A stretch of DNA of 46,130 nt, from positions 1-46,130 of IMG/VR virus record IMGVR_UViG_3300009678_000075, one strand, 5' to 3'. This stretch comes from a virus. Taxonomy: Duplodnaviria; Caudoviricetes. Below the pieces are notes generated by a model. It was not told the DNA's origin. It worked only from the letters and a program-made list of their open reading frames with translations, and ran no database searches. Shown in pieces: positions 36,915 through 44,680 of this stretch (position 1 is the stretch's first letter; each line of letters opens with the position of its first letter). The position numbers and the translations under genes were made by a program.

Positions 36915-37240
36915 GTGAAGAAATCGTTTTCCGAATGCCACCGATTAAGCCGTGTCCATTCTGCGGGACAGAGGCGAGAGTGGAAGGTAATGACCGCAAG
37001 TGGGTTCGTTGCAAGAACCCCGCCTGCAAGGCTACTTGTGACGATATTTCGTTCACCGTGAATGAAGCAATCGACAAGTGGAACCGACGCTTCGAAGAGA
37101 AGCCGAAGTGCATCGTGAAGCCATGCGACGACAGGTGGACGCGAGGTATGTGGAAGGGCACCTGTGGGTCGATTTACGACGAGGAGCCGGAGAACAAGTT
37201 CTGCCCAGACTGCGGCGGGGAGATTGAGGTGAAGCCATGA
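36911..37240 (+). CDS. Lar-family (restriction alleviation) zinc protein with an extra C-terminal Zn ribbon
   Basis: IKPCPFCG...WVRCKNPAC...EAIDKWNRR, then KPKC...KFCPDCGGEIEV. Confidence 0.75.
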   Translation: MSEEIVFRMPPIKPCPFCGTEARVEGNDRKWVRCKNPACKATCDDISFTVNEAIDKWNRRFEEKPKCIVKPCDDRWTRGMWKGTCGSIYDEEPENKFCPDCGGEIEVKP

Positions 37241-37509
37241 AAACCCAAATGAGACTGGCTTGGAAATGTGGGTTTTGCAGTAAGACGGTAGTCTTCGATG
37301 GAGAGAAACTGACATGCCAGTGTTCTGGAATCGAGGTTGTCAACGATTCAATCCCTCCTCTGATACTTCCCAAGCCTCGCGATGAAACCACGAGGTGCCT
37401 TCTCTGCGCCGTAGGTGAATCAAACAAAGATATCAACGGATACGCAGGCCTTTGTGACGGGTGCCGAACTGCACTCTGGAATCTGATCGAAGAGAGGAGA
37501 AAAGCATGA
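37237..37509 (+). CDS. Cys-rich hypothetical protein
   Basis: CGFC, CQC, CLLC and CDGC motifs; ATGA overlap. Confidence 0.6.
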   Translation: MKTQMRLAWKCGFCSKTVVFDGEKLTCQCSGIEVVNDSIPPLILPKPRDETTRCLLCAVGESNKDINGYAGLCDGCRTALWNLIEERRKA

Positions 37510-37709
37510 AAGACGACTCACTAGAAGTGTTGCTGCAACGTCAGCGGAACCAAATCCTCGACTACGTCAGCGGCGAGGAAGAACAGGAAGAGATGCAGCG
37601 GACCGTAAGTGAAGTCTGGGCTCACGTCCGACGAATGGAAAAATGCCTAGAACAGTTCGAAAAAACGTTAGGAGCGGCGACATCCGAAAGGCTGCAATTA
37701 GAGCCATGA
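37506..37709 (+). CDS. Hypothetical protein
   Basis: MKDDSLEVLL...; ATGA overlaps. Confidence 0.55.
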   Translation: MKDDSLEVLLQRQRNQILDYVSGEEEQEEMQRTVSEVWAHVRRMEKCLEQFEKTLGAATSERLQLEP

Positions 37710-37891
37710 ACTGTAACCCCTACGAAACAGAGGAATACCAGCAGTTTGTCGATTCCATGGTTAAGTTCTGCCGATGTGACCCTGAGTTCAGGCCATGCGA
37801 TGGCGTCTTGGCTGGTTGTCCCTGCGACCAAATCAACCGGGCTCATTCAGACCTTGGCGACCCAGATGAACGCTTTTACGACACCCGATGA
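37706..37891 (+). CDS. Small Cys-rich protein
   Basis: MNCNPYETEEY...CRC...PCDGVLAGCPCD. Confidence 0.55.
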   Translation: MNCNPYETEEYQQFVDSMVKFCRCDPEFRPCDGVLAGCPCDQINRAHSDLGDPDERFYDTR

Positions 37892-38205
37892 ACACCGAAG
37901 ACAAAAGGCTGAGCGACATGGGCACCCAAGAGATTGCCGAAGAGTTGCAGCGTATTTTCTGCGCTGAACTCTACAAAGGAGGAAGCCTTTCAACTCTTGT
38001 CCCAAATGCTTGGCAAGAAGTGGCGACCGCAGTATTCCTCGAATTGCACAGTTGCAAATGCCGGACACGCTACTGGGAGGGAGAGTTCAAGCGCCTGGAA
38101 CGAGGTGAGAAACCGATAGAACTGATGGAGAAGTACAAGAATCTGAAGCTCACCGTAGTCGATTCCTTGGACATTTCGAAGTCCGACCACCCAGACAACC
38201 GATGA
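37888..38205 (+). CDS. Hypothetical protein
   Basis: 105 aa; ATGA overlaps. Confidence 0.55.
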   Translation: MNTEDKRLSDMGTQEIAEELQRIFCAELYKGGSLSTLVPNAWQEVATAVFLELHSCKCRTRYWEGEFKRLERGEKPIELMEKYKNLKLTVVDSLDISKSDHPDNR

Positions 38206-38513
38206 CAACACCAGATAAATACCTGTTCAAGCGTCAGGCTCCGTACTCCATGTTTCTCGTTCCGCCATCCGCCGCGGTCGGGAGGTCTCTTTCCGTGGTT
38301 GCACGCGACGGAGTGGATACTGGCTGGGACCATGTGTCGGTTGCTTCTCCAGGAGACTCTACCTCACCGTCCGACGAGGAAATGGCCATCGTAAAATCAC
38401 TGTTCTGGGAACCCGAGGAACGCGAATCGGTGTTTCAGGACGACAATCACCTCTGGCGTTGCTGCTGGCTGGTGGAGCTGAAGACTAAACTCCTTTTTGC
38501 AGGAGTGCCCTAA
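38202..38513 (+). CDS. DUF7694-like phage protein
   Basis: GWDHVSVAS...PSDEEMAIVKSLFWEPEE...HLWR. Confidence 0.7.
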   Translation: MTTPDKYLFKRQAPYSMFLVPPSAAVGRSLSVVARDGVDTGWDHVSVASPGDSTSPSDEEMAIVKSLFWEPEERESVFQDDNHLWRCCWLVELKTKLLFAGVP

Positions 38514-38614
38514 AAGCCTCCAAAACTAAACAAGAATTCATTCATGCCAGTAAGGAAAAACCCCTTGTGTCGCTTGACGACGCCAAGAGGCTGAATCCGT
38601 ACCCGAAGGAGTGA

Positions 38615-38845
38615 CTAACTACCGAAGTGGTCCGCAGTTGGAGTTGGTCCTGGATCAAGACGCTTTCGGATCTCCGTCGTTAAGGACGGTCCACCCGCTT
38701 CCTCACACAAAGCCTCCAGGTTCTTTACCATGCCACGGCTGATGAACTTGGAGACACATTCTTCTTCGTTGCTGCCTCGGGTGAGTTCAACGAAGCGAAC
38801 GTCCATTCTCTTTGAGCAATCAATGGTGATTTTGATTTCTTTCAT
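38615..38845 (-). CDS. Hypothetical protein (76 aa)
   Basis: MKEIKITIDC...; the ATG overlaps the upstream TGA. Confidence 0.5.
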   Translation of the reverse strand: MKEIKITIDCSKRMDVRFVELTRGSNEEECVSKFISRGMVKNLEALCEEAGGPSLTTEIRKRLDPGPTPTADHFGS

Positions 38846-38943
38846 GATCGGCGAATCACTGCCAAGCCGCACAGGCCCATTCCCAGCAAGATAAGGGTCG
38901 CTCCAGAATCAGGAACGCATCTCTGGAACGAAGTAGCCACCAT
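38842..38943 (-). CDS. Stand-alone VPDSG-CTERM micro-protein (33 aa)
   Basis: Translated by hand: MVATSFQRCVPDSGATLILLGMGLCGLAVIRRS*. ATGA coupling to the next gene; not in the ORF track. Confidence 0.7.
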   Translation of the reverse strand: MVATSFQRCVPDSGATLILLGMGLCGLAVIRRS

Positions 38944-38952
38944 TTGAATGGT

Positions 38953-39159
38953 TCACTCACGGCTTAACCTCACGCTGGCGGCATCCGCCCATAGCACTCC
39001 AGCCTCTTCCAACCTGATTAGGCGCTTGTACAGCCGTTGGTTTTCCACCCGTAGGTCTTTGCATTCCTCGATAACCGTAGCCAATTCCTCTTTCAACTGA
39101 GCGTTCTCCCTCTGCAACTCCTCAATTTCCAGCCCAAGACAATCAATTGTGTCACTCAC
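38953..39159 (-). CDS. Coiled-coil hypothetical protein
   Basis: 68 aa with a heptad pattern. Confidence 0.55.
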   Translation of the reverse strand: MSDTIDCLGLEIEELQRENAQLKEELATVIEECKDLRVENQRLYKRLIRLEEAGVLWADAASVRLSRE

Positions 39160-39346
39160 GAGGCACCTCCACCCACTCTAGCTCCAGGTGCTCCGGCTTC
39201 ATTCCGAGGTTCCAGACAAGTTGAAGCGTCCGGTCCTTCAATGGGACTACCATCTCCGCCCGCTGTACCGTCTGACGCTTCCGCTTCTTGAGCTTCATGA
39301 TTACATTCATAATCAACCTTTTCAGGGCATATATGCCTAGTTTCCC

Positions 39347-39763
39347 TCATTTGTACAGCTTTTGGGGTTTCTTGCCTGGCTTGAAGCGGTACGGAACTCC
39401 CATCACATAGGCCGTTAAGCAGCCTCCGAACTTCTCCACCGCGTCCTGGTTGATCTCGAGAATCCAATCTCGAATCAGCGGTGACAGCCACTCCTCGTCG
39501 GAATCCGCGGGACGTTTGTTCCAGAGGATCTTAATCCGCTCATGAGACCCGTCACCACACGGTGGCAGAGATTCGGTGCGTGCAGCAATGCCGCGGCCGA
39601 AGGCTCGGATGTACACCTCGGTGTTGGTGTAATCCGATTCGCAGAGCGAGAGCCAGGCTTCGCGCACCTGCTCAAACTTGTGAGCCTGCTTGGCCTTCTC
39701 AGTTGTCTCCTCCATGTGCTTCAAGAAGGCCTTCATGGAGTCATTGATGTTCTTAGGTTTCAT
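39347..39763 (-). CDS. Hypothetical protein (138 aa)
   Basis: Likely start MKPKNINDSMK at 39763. Confidence 0.6.
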   Translation of the reverse strand: MKPKNINDSMKAFLKHMEETTEKAKQAHKFEQVREAWLSLCESDYTNTEVYIRAFGRGIAARTESLPPCGDGSHERIKILWNKRPADSDEEWLSPLIRDWILEINQDAVEKFGGCLTAYVMGVPYRFKPGKKPQKLYK

Positions 39764-40115
39764 CGGTCTCTTCCTCCTCTTCTGGAGCCTCTTCCTCGTC
39801 ACTCTTGATTGATAGGCGTAGCACCAAAATCAGCGTGACTAGCGTGATGAAGAAGTGAATCACATCAAAAACACCCACGCCCACGCCATTGTCGATGTAG
39901 TCACCGCCGCGTCCGCCAACTATCGTGATGTTGGTGTAGATTGTAGAAACACGCTCGACGGGTTCTCTGCGCCATTGACTGTAAGTAGCGCCAGAACCAC
40001 CAGCCCCACCGGTTATTTTGTTTGTGGTCAGCCCGTAGACGGGAACTATGTCGGGACTGGCTCCCCCTACTCCGCCGCCTGAAATAACAATTACTGTGTC
40101 GTTGGTGTTGGTCAT
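39753..40115 (-). CDS. Gly-rich single-pass membrane protein
   Basis: GGGVGG/GGAGGSG segments, transmembrane helix FFITLVTLILVL and an acidic tail. Confidence 0.55.
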   Translation of the reverse strand: MTNTNDTVIVISGGGVGGASPDIVPVYGLTTNKITGGAGGSGATYSQWRREPVERVSTIYTNITIVGGRGGDYIDNGVGVGVFDVIHFFITLVTLILVLRLSIKSDEEEAPEEEEETDET

Positions 40116-40121
40116 AAGTGT

Positions 40122-40346
40122 TTACCAGTCTCTCGAGTGAACCACCTGCGCGGCCGTCTGTTTCCTTGCTTTGACCGCAGCCATAATCTTTACCCAATCC
40201 TCCCGCGCTATCCTCATCAAAATCGTGCCGCCTGTATCCCTGAACGGCGAGGGGGTTGGTTTGAGGTTACTAATCGTCGGCTTGTATCGCATCCTCCGAA
40301 TCTCCGCCAGGATGGAGAGCTGCGCGTTAAGCTCGGAACGTTTCAT
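40122..40346 (-). CDS. Hypothetical protein
   Basis: 74 aa; ATGA overlap. Confidence 0.5.
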   Translation of the reverse strand: MKRSELNAQLSILAEIRRMRYKPTISNLKPTPSPFRDTGGTILMRIAREDWVKIMAAVKARKQTAAQVVHSRDW

Positions 40347-40546
40347 TTCTTAGCGAGTTGTTTTCGAAGGTCGGCGTTGACTGACAACTCTTCGGCAACC
40401 ATGCGGTCGAGTTCGTCGATATGTTTCTGCTTCGTAGCGGCCTGGTCCTTCCAGTAGTCGCGCTGGTAGCGAAGATCTGCGTTCTCTCGCCGGAGATCGG
40501 TGTTAGCCATCTCCAACGCAAAGACCGATGCAGGCTCGATATTCAT
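40343..40546 (-). CDS. Coiled-coil hypothetical protein (67 aa)
   Basis: MNIEPASVF...; ATGA overlap. Confidence 0.55.
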   Translation of the reverse strand: MNIEPASVFALEMANTDLRRENADLRYQRDYWKDQAATKQKHIDELDRMVAEELSVNADLRKQLAKK

Positions 40547-41121
40547 TGGATCGGCGCGACTGGAGTTTCTGGTGCCTCTATCGCAAACGGGTCGTTCATC
40601 CCAGCCGGCGACATGGGCTCGATGTCGATGATGTCCCCTGTACTCCTCCGCTTCGCCGGCAGGTTTATTTCGTCGGGAATTTGTAACAAATCCTTTCCGG
40701 CTTTCACCCACTTCGCTAGCGCCTCCGTTACTGCCTTAACGTCCGCTAACGTCGGAGGAATACCGTTCGCGTTTGGCATACCGTCCGCGATGCGGTCCAG
40801 ATCCTTGTTAATCAAGTCACCCAACTTGTCTATCATCCTCGAGCCATCGTTCAGGAACTTGACCCTCCGATGGACATGAGACACCGCCGCCCGCGCCTCG
40901 AGGGCTCGAGCCATGTCTTCGTGCGTCTTCTTCCTAAGGCTTGGCCAGCCTTCGGCCCGAGACATTCGCGTCAGGTCGGCTTTCTCCACCTGGAACCGGT
41001 CGGCAAGCTCATCGAGAGTTTCGGACCCGTACCGATAGGCGTTACGAGCCTCCATTTTCCTGCGGCGATAGATCTCGCGGGCAACGCCGGGGAACTGAGT
41101 GACGTTAGGTGCTTCGCTCAT
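40543..41121 (-). CDS. HTH protein, possible terminase small subunit
   Basis: ARNAYRYGSETLDELADRFQV...MSRAEGW pattern resembles TerS N-terminal HTHs, followed by long helices. Confidence 0.5.
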   Translation of the reverse strand: MSEAPNVTQFPGVAREIYRRRKMEARNAYRYGSETLDELADRFQVEKADLTRMSRAEGWPSLRKKTHEDMARALEARAAVSHVHRRVKFLNDGSRMIDKLGDLINKDLDRIADGMPNANGIPPTLADVKAVTEALAKWVKAGKDLLQIPDEINLPAKRRSTGDIIDIEPMSPAGMNDPFAIEAPETPVAPIQ

Positions 41122-41417
41122 TGGATTTCGATTTCACCGCCGCAGAAGGGGCAGAACGTGTACGGCTTAATGACTACCTTCAAAATGCCACACCCAGACT
41201 TCCATGGTATCCCGACATGCAAAGTAGTCACTCGCTTCCACACGCACCGTGGCTTCCGGGGTTCCAGTGGTTCGGACCAGAGCCCGCCTCGTTTTCTTGC
41301 CGATTCCTTCCAATCAAACCAATTATCAAGATGTATAACTACCGCATAAGTTGTTACCTCATCAGGCTTCCACCAGTACGCCCCCGGCTCCGTTGGTATG
41401 TCAGAGGTGAAGTTCAT
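41118..41417 (-). CDS. Hypothetical protein with a C-terminal Zn ribbon; paralogue of 28368-28679
   Basis: MNFTSDIPTEPGAYWWK...KPRCVWKR...TFCPFCGGEIEIQ. Confidence 0.7.
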   Translation of the reverse strand: MNFTSDIPTEPGAYWWKPDEVTTYAVVIHLDNWFDWKESARKRGGLWSEPLEPRKPRCVWKRVTTLHVGIPWKSGCGILKVVIKPYTFCPFCGGEIEIQ

Positions 41418-42031
41418 GGTTGGATTGGCTTGAACTCGAGCACCCACACCCAAGGATTGGCTGCCCACGAGCCCTTGCCGTTGATTGATTCCCAGAGTGA
41501 CTTAAAAACCGGAATCGCACTGGATGGAGTTGGTTCTCCGCACAAATTGTGGTCCATCTGGATTTTGCAGTCCCACAGAGTATATCCGCACTTTTCACAA
41601 GTCGGAGCCTTTACGCCCTCCTTGATTGCGTCATCCTCCGTGATGTCGTGCAGCCTCTCGATTCGGACCGAGACAACCTCGTCAACTGGCATTTTGTATC
41701 GCAAATGACCCGGTAGGAATCGTCCCGGACGTAACTTCCCGAACTCTTCAGGCTTAGTGTCGCTTAAATGATAAGACCAAAGGGGACGAGTCGCTGAAAC
41801 TTCAACCGGACGGTTACGGTCGTAATAATAAGGAGCCGCCCAGGTCGTGAGCCAGCGAATCTGGTTTTCCGGATTGCCGTAGGGGCACTGATTACGCCTG
41901 GATTTGTACACGCAGGCTACGAGAGGCGAAACGTCAGGCTGATGTTTGACTATTCGCCGCGTGACCGTCTTGCGACCCTCAGCGCGAGCCCGAGCCATTG
42001 CCGGCGAAAGCAGTACGTCGGTAGTTCTCAT
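41414..42031 (-). CDS. ASCH-like phage protein
   Basis: AEGRKTVTRR, CPYG, VRIERLHDITEDDAIKEG, FKSLWESING..SWAANPWVWVLEF. Confidence 0.8.
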   Translation of the reverse strand: MRTTDVLLSPAMARARAEGRKTVTRRIVKHQPDVSPLVACVYKSRRNQCPYGNPENQIRWLTTWAAPYYYDRNRPVEVSATRPLWSYHLSDTKPEEFGKLRPGRFLPGHLRYKMPVDEVVSVRIERLHDITEDDAIKEGVKAPTCEKCGYTLWDCKIQMDHNLCGEPTPSSAIPVFKSLWESINGKGSWAANPWVWVLEFKPIQP

Positions 42032-42243
42032 GGCAGCTTGAGGAGCTTTTTCTTGAGCCCGTATTTCACCAACTCCCGAGCTTCCTCGAGGTTAATCGAA
42101 CCGCGAGCACGTATCGCCTGCACCTCGGCCCGAGCCAGCACAGGGTTCTTCGAATAAAGCGGCCTAGCAATGGGCTTGCGAATGTAACGCGACGGTTTAG
42201 GAGGCGTTTCCTTCAGTGTGTTGAAGTTCATAAAAGTTCCCAT
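42028..42243 (-). CDS. Basic hypothetical protein
   Basis: About 71 aa, overlapping its neighbours. Confidence 0.5.
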   Translation of the reverse strand: MGTFMNFNTLKETPPKPSRYIRKPIARPLYSKNPVLARAEVQAIRARGSINLEEARELVKYGLKKKLLKLP

Positions 42244-42467
42244 TCTTTCTGGTTCGGGTCTGGTTCACCGCCTCCGAGAACCGCCGCCACTGCCGCTCTG
42301 AAAGCATGCGCTTGCTCGGGATACTTCGAGGAGTAGATACACCACGCCTGATACTGTCGCTCTGGGAGAATTTGACCACGTTCCTCACCGGTCAAACAAT
42401 TGTGTCGTGCTGCGTTTGCCTTCGCACAAATCCACTCAAACTCTGAACTAGTTGTGACGATTTTCAT
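42228..42467 (-). CDS. Hypothetical protein
   Basis: 79 aa; ATGA overlap. Confidence 0.5.
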   Translation of the reverse strand: MKIVTTSSEFEWICAKANAARHNCLTGEERGQILPERQYQAWCIYSSKYPEQAHAFRAAVAAVLGGGEPDPNQKEWELL

Positions 42468-42820
42468 TTCAGTGATTCAAGGTATTCCTTCATCGACGCG
42501 ACGACCACCACCCGATGACCCAGCTTACGAAGCCAAGCAATCGTCGCGGCTTGTTCGTCTTCGACCTTTCCGTTCTTACTTTTGCACTCAACATAGAGCG
42601 TGCGTCCGCCGTCCATTCCAATGATGAAGTCTGGGGTTCCGATTCTGGTTGTGGCTGGGACATCCATTCGGGAGTAGAAGCAAATCCATCCGCGCCTTTG
42701 AACATCCTCGCGGATTTCTTGCTGGAGTTTTCCTTCATCCTCGTATGGTGCAGCATGTTTTGTGTCTTTGAAACTACGGGCTAGGAACGCTTTGTAATCA
42801 GCTTCGGTGAATCGTGGCAT
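42464..42820 (-). CDS. VRR-NUC domain nuclease (Holliday-junction resolvase-like)
   Basis: EGKLQQEI, GTPDFII, YVECKSKNGKVEDEQ, LRKLGHRVVVVAS. Confidence 0.85.
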   Translation of the reverse strand: MPRFTEADYKAFLARSFKDTKHAAPYEDEGKLQQEIREDVQRRGWICFYSRMDVPATTRIGTPDFIIGMDGGRTLYVECKSKNGKVEDEQAATIAWLRKLGHRVVVVASMKEYLESLK

Positions 42821-43126
42821 TCACACCCCCAATCGCTTCATGATGGCCGGTCTCGCCTTCCATTCCCATTTGAGGAAGCTGAAGCGGAGTTTCCATTCTC
42901 CAATCTCACCGGTGGCGATTTTGGGATGATTAACCAACCACGCATGCATCACTCCGTGGACTCCATATCTCGATTCACCCGTAAAATACCACCAACCGTC
43001 TTTCCACGTCACGAACATGCCGATGCCTTTGCCTTCGTACTGAAGTTCGCGGCGTTCTCCTTCTTTCCATCCTCGAGGAGAAGCAGACCCAGCCACGCCG
43101 CTTTTCATTTTCGCATGGTGCTTCAT
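42821..43126 (-). CDS. Trp-rich hypothetical protein overlapping a degenerate VRR-NUC copy
   Basis: 101 aa. Its stop abuts the VRR-NUC ATG, and its 5' part is an alternative frame of the duplicated segment. Confidence 0.5.
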   Translation of the reverse strand: MKHHAKMKSGVAGSASPRGWKEGERRELQYEGKGIGMFVTWKDGWWYFTGESRYGVHGVMHAWLVNHPKIATGEIGEWKLRFSFLKWEWKARPAIMKRLGV

Positions 43127-43190
43127 GTTTTTTGTCCTTAAAACTCCTGGCCAGGAACGCTTGGTAATCAGCTTCGGTGAATCGTGGCAT
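42975..43190 (-). pseudogene. Truncated duplicate of the VRR-NUC 5' end
   Basis: MPRFTEADYQAFLARSFKDKKHEAPCENEK-RRGWVCFSSRM versus MPRFTEADYKAFLARSFKDTKHAAPYEDEGKLQQEIREDVQRRGWICFYSRM; the catalytic motifs are absent. Confidence 0.7.
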
Positions 43191-43405
43191 TAGATTGCTC
43201 CGCCTACTTTCACCACTGGCACTTCAACCCATCCATCTTCTGGACGCCATTGCTCCAAAGCGAAATAGGTTCCGTTGAACGTCCATTGTAACTTCAGCTC
43301 TGGATAAAATCTTTCGGCAATGGGAGCCGAAATAGGGCATCCAGCCTGTTCAACCATCCCAATGGCCATTCGTTCTCGTTCTTTAATGGGGTTACGATTT
43401 ATCAT
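43190..43405 (-). CDS. Hypothetical protein
   Basis: 71 aa; coupled start and stop. Confidence 0.55.
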   Translation of the reverse strand: MINRNPIKERERMAIGMVEQAGCPISAPIAERFYPELKLQWTFNGTYFALEQWRPEDGWVEVPVVKVGGAI

Positions 43406-43587
43406 GGTGAATTTGTCCTTCCGACTAAGATACTCAGTGTTTGATTTTGTAACTGGATGGTTTTGGTGTGGTAGTCCAAAACCTTTTCGAGTCTTTGGAT
43501 GTCCCGTTTGTCCTTAAAGGACATCAACAGCTCCCCAAATATGGCCAAGGAAACCACGTAGAGAAGGAACGTTTTACCTTTGCTCAT
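43402..43587 (-). CDS. Small membrane-anchored coiled-coil protein
   Basis: N-terminal transmembrane helix (FLLYVVSLAIFGELL). Confidence 0.55.
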   Translation of the reverse strand: MSKGKTFLLYVVSLAIFGELLMSFKDKRDIQRLEKVLDYHTKTIQLQNQTLSILVGRTNSP

Positions 43588-44207
43588 ACGCCAAGCCTTC
43601 GTGCTAGGGCACTGGTAAGGTGTATCTCTTGCAGCGAGTATGCCACCGCCTTAGGCCGGTCATCCTTCCACCACCGGTGGAAATCCTTTCCGCTCTCCTC
43701 CGTCTTCGACCCAAGCCCCAACGCAGTGCAAATACTGTTCAAGCTACCCTTAGCCGACTTGTCGCCCATCTGCCAAATCTCGCGTAAGTCGATGGCCTGA
43801 TCCGTCCAGTACCGTCCTTTCCTCAGCCACTTAGGTACGCCAATCCCAAGAATCCACGAACGCCGCACGAGGTACGGCAGGTCGAAGCGATTCGAGTCGA
43901 ACCCCACAAGCTGGTGAGTAACCTGCCTGAGACCAGTAATTTTCCAAAACTCCTCAATTAGTTCCGCTTCGGTATCCTCGATAAGCACCCAAGGTGGTTC
44001 GTCGTCTTCCTGGAGACCGATGCACAATATCTGCCCCGTGAGCGGGTTCAACGCGGCACGGTCGATGCAATCCTCTATGTACTCCAGACGAGCACGTTCA
44101 ATCTTCACCGGATCTTTCCAGCCACTATTTGGCTCGAATGGTTCGAACAACGGTTCGATTACCTCTCGAGGTAATGGTCCGCACTCTAGGTCAAAAATCA
44201 GTCTCAT
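43584..44207 (-). CDS. DnaQ/PolB-like 3'-5' exonuclease (207 aa)
   Basis: Likely start is ATG 44207 after an AC-rich leader. ExoI IFDLE, ExoII VGFDSNRFDLPYL, IDL, SLNSICTALG, ExoIII-like YSLQEI. Confidence 0.85.
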   Translation of the reverse strand: MRLIFDLECGPLPREVIEPLFEPFEPNSGWKDPVKIERARLEYIEDCIDRAALNPLTGQILCIGLQEDDEPPWVLIEDTEAELIEEFWKITGLRQVTHQLVGFDSNRFDLPYLVRRSWILGIGVPKWLRKGRYWTDQAIDLREIWQMGDKSAKGSLNSICTALGLGSKTEESGKDFHRWWKDDRPKAVAYSLQEIHLTSALARRLGV

Positions 44208-44232
44208 GTTGTGTGTTTGTGTTGTGTTAAAA

Positions 44233-44676
44233 GCCTCGCCTTGCCATGCCCGGACACGCCGTACCTCACCATGCCCGGCCCAGCACCGCCGGGACCAGCC
44301 GTGACCGGCCGGGCAACGCCAGACCCTGCCTTGCCAACCCTTGCAGCAACTCGCCATGCACTGAAAAAGTGGAACCTCGCCTCGCCGGGACCCGCCCCGC
44401 CGGGCCAAGCCTTGCCAAGCCAAGCCGGGCCATGCCATGCACCGCACGGCACTTCCATGCACAGCCGCGCACTGAAAAATTGGAACCTCGCCCCGCCGGG
44501 CCGAGCCGTGCCGAGCCCGGACGTGCCTAGACCCGACCCTCCTGGCCCTGCCGCTAAAAATTGGAACCTCGCCTCGTAGATCATGACACTAACCAAAGTT
44601 GGAACCTTGCCTCGAATTGCATAGCCTTGCCTTGCCAAGACTCGCATTGCCCAGCATCGCCATGTCACGCCGAGCC
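44233..44676 (-). ncRNA. GGC-NN pentamer array downstream of the RAMP-like gene (5 units; putative guide RNAs)
   Basis: 5-nt register of GGC/GGT/TGC/GTC plus a variable dinucleotide. Units end in GGC(G/A)A-GGTTCCA(A/C)(T/C)TTT, with separators at 44364-44376, 44475-44487, 44556-44568 and 44595-44606. The repeat is seen directly; RNA status is inferred. Confidence 0.75.
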
Positions 44677-44680
44677 AAAA

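Noticed and set aside
39156-39491. ORF 39156..39491
   Set aside because: It overlaps the upstream gene heavily, and a competing frame (MNVIMKLKKRKRQ...VEVPRE) fits equally well, so the gene here is left uncalled.
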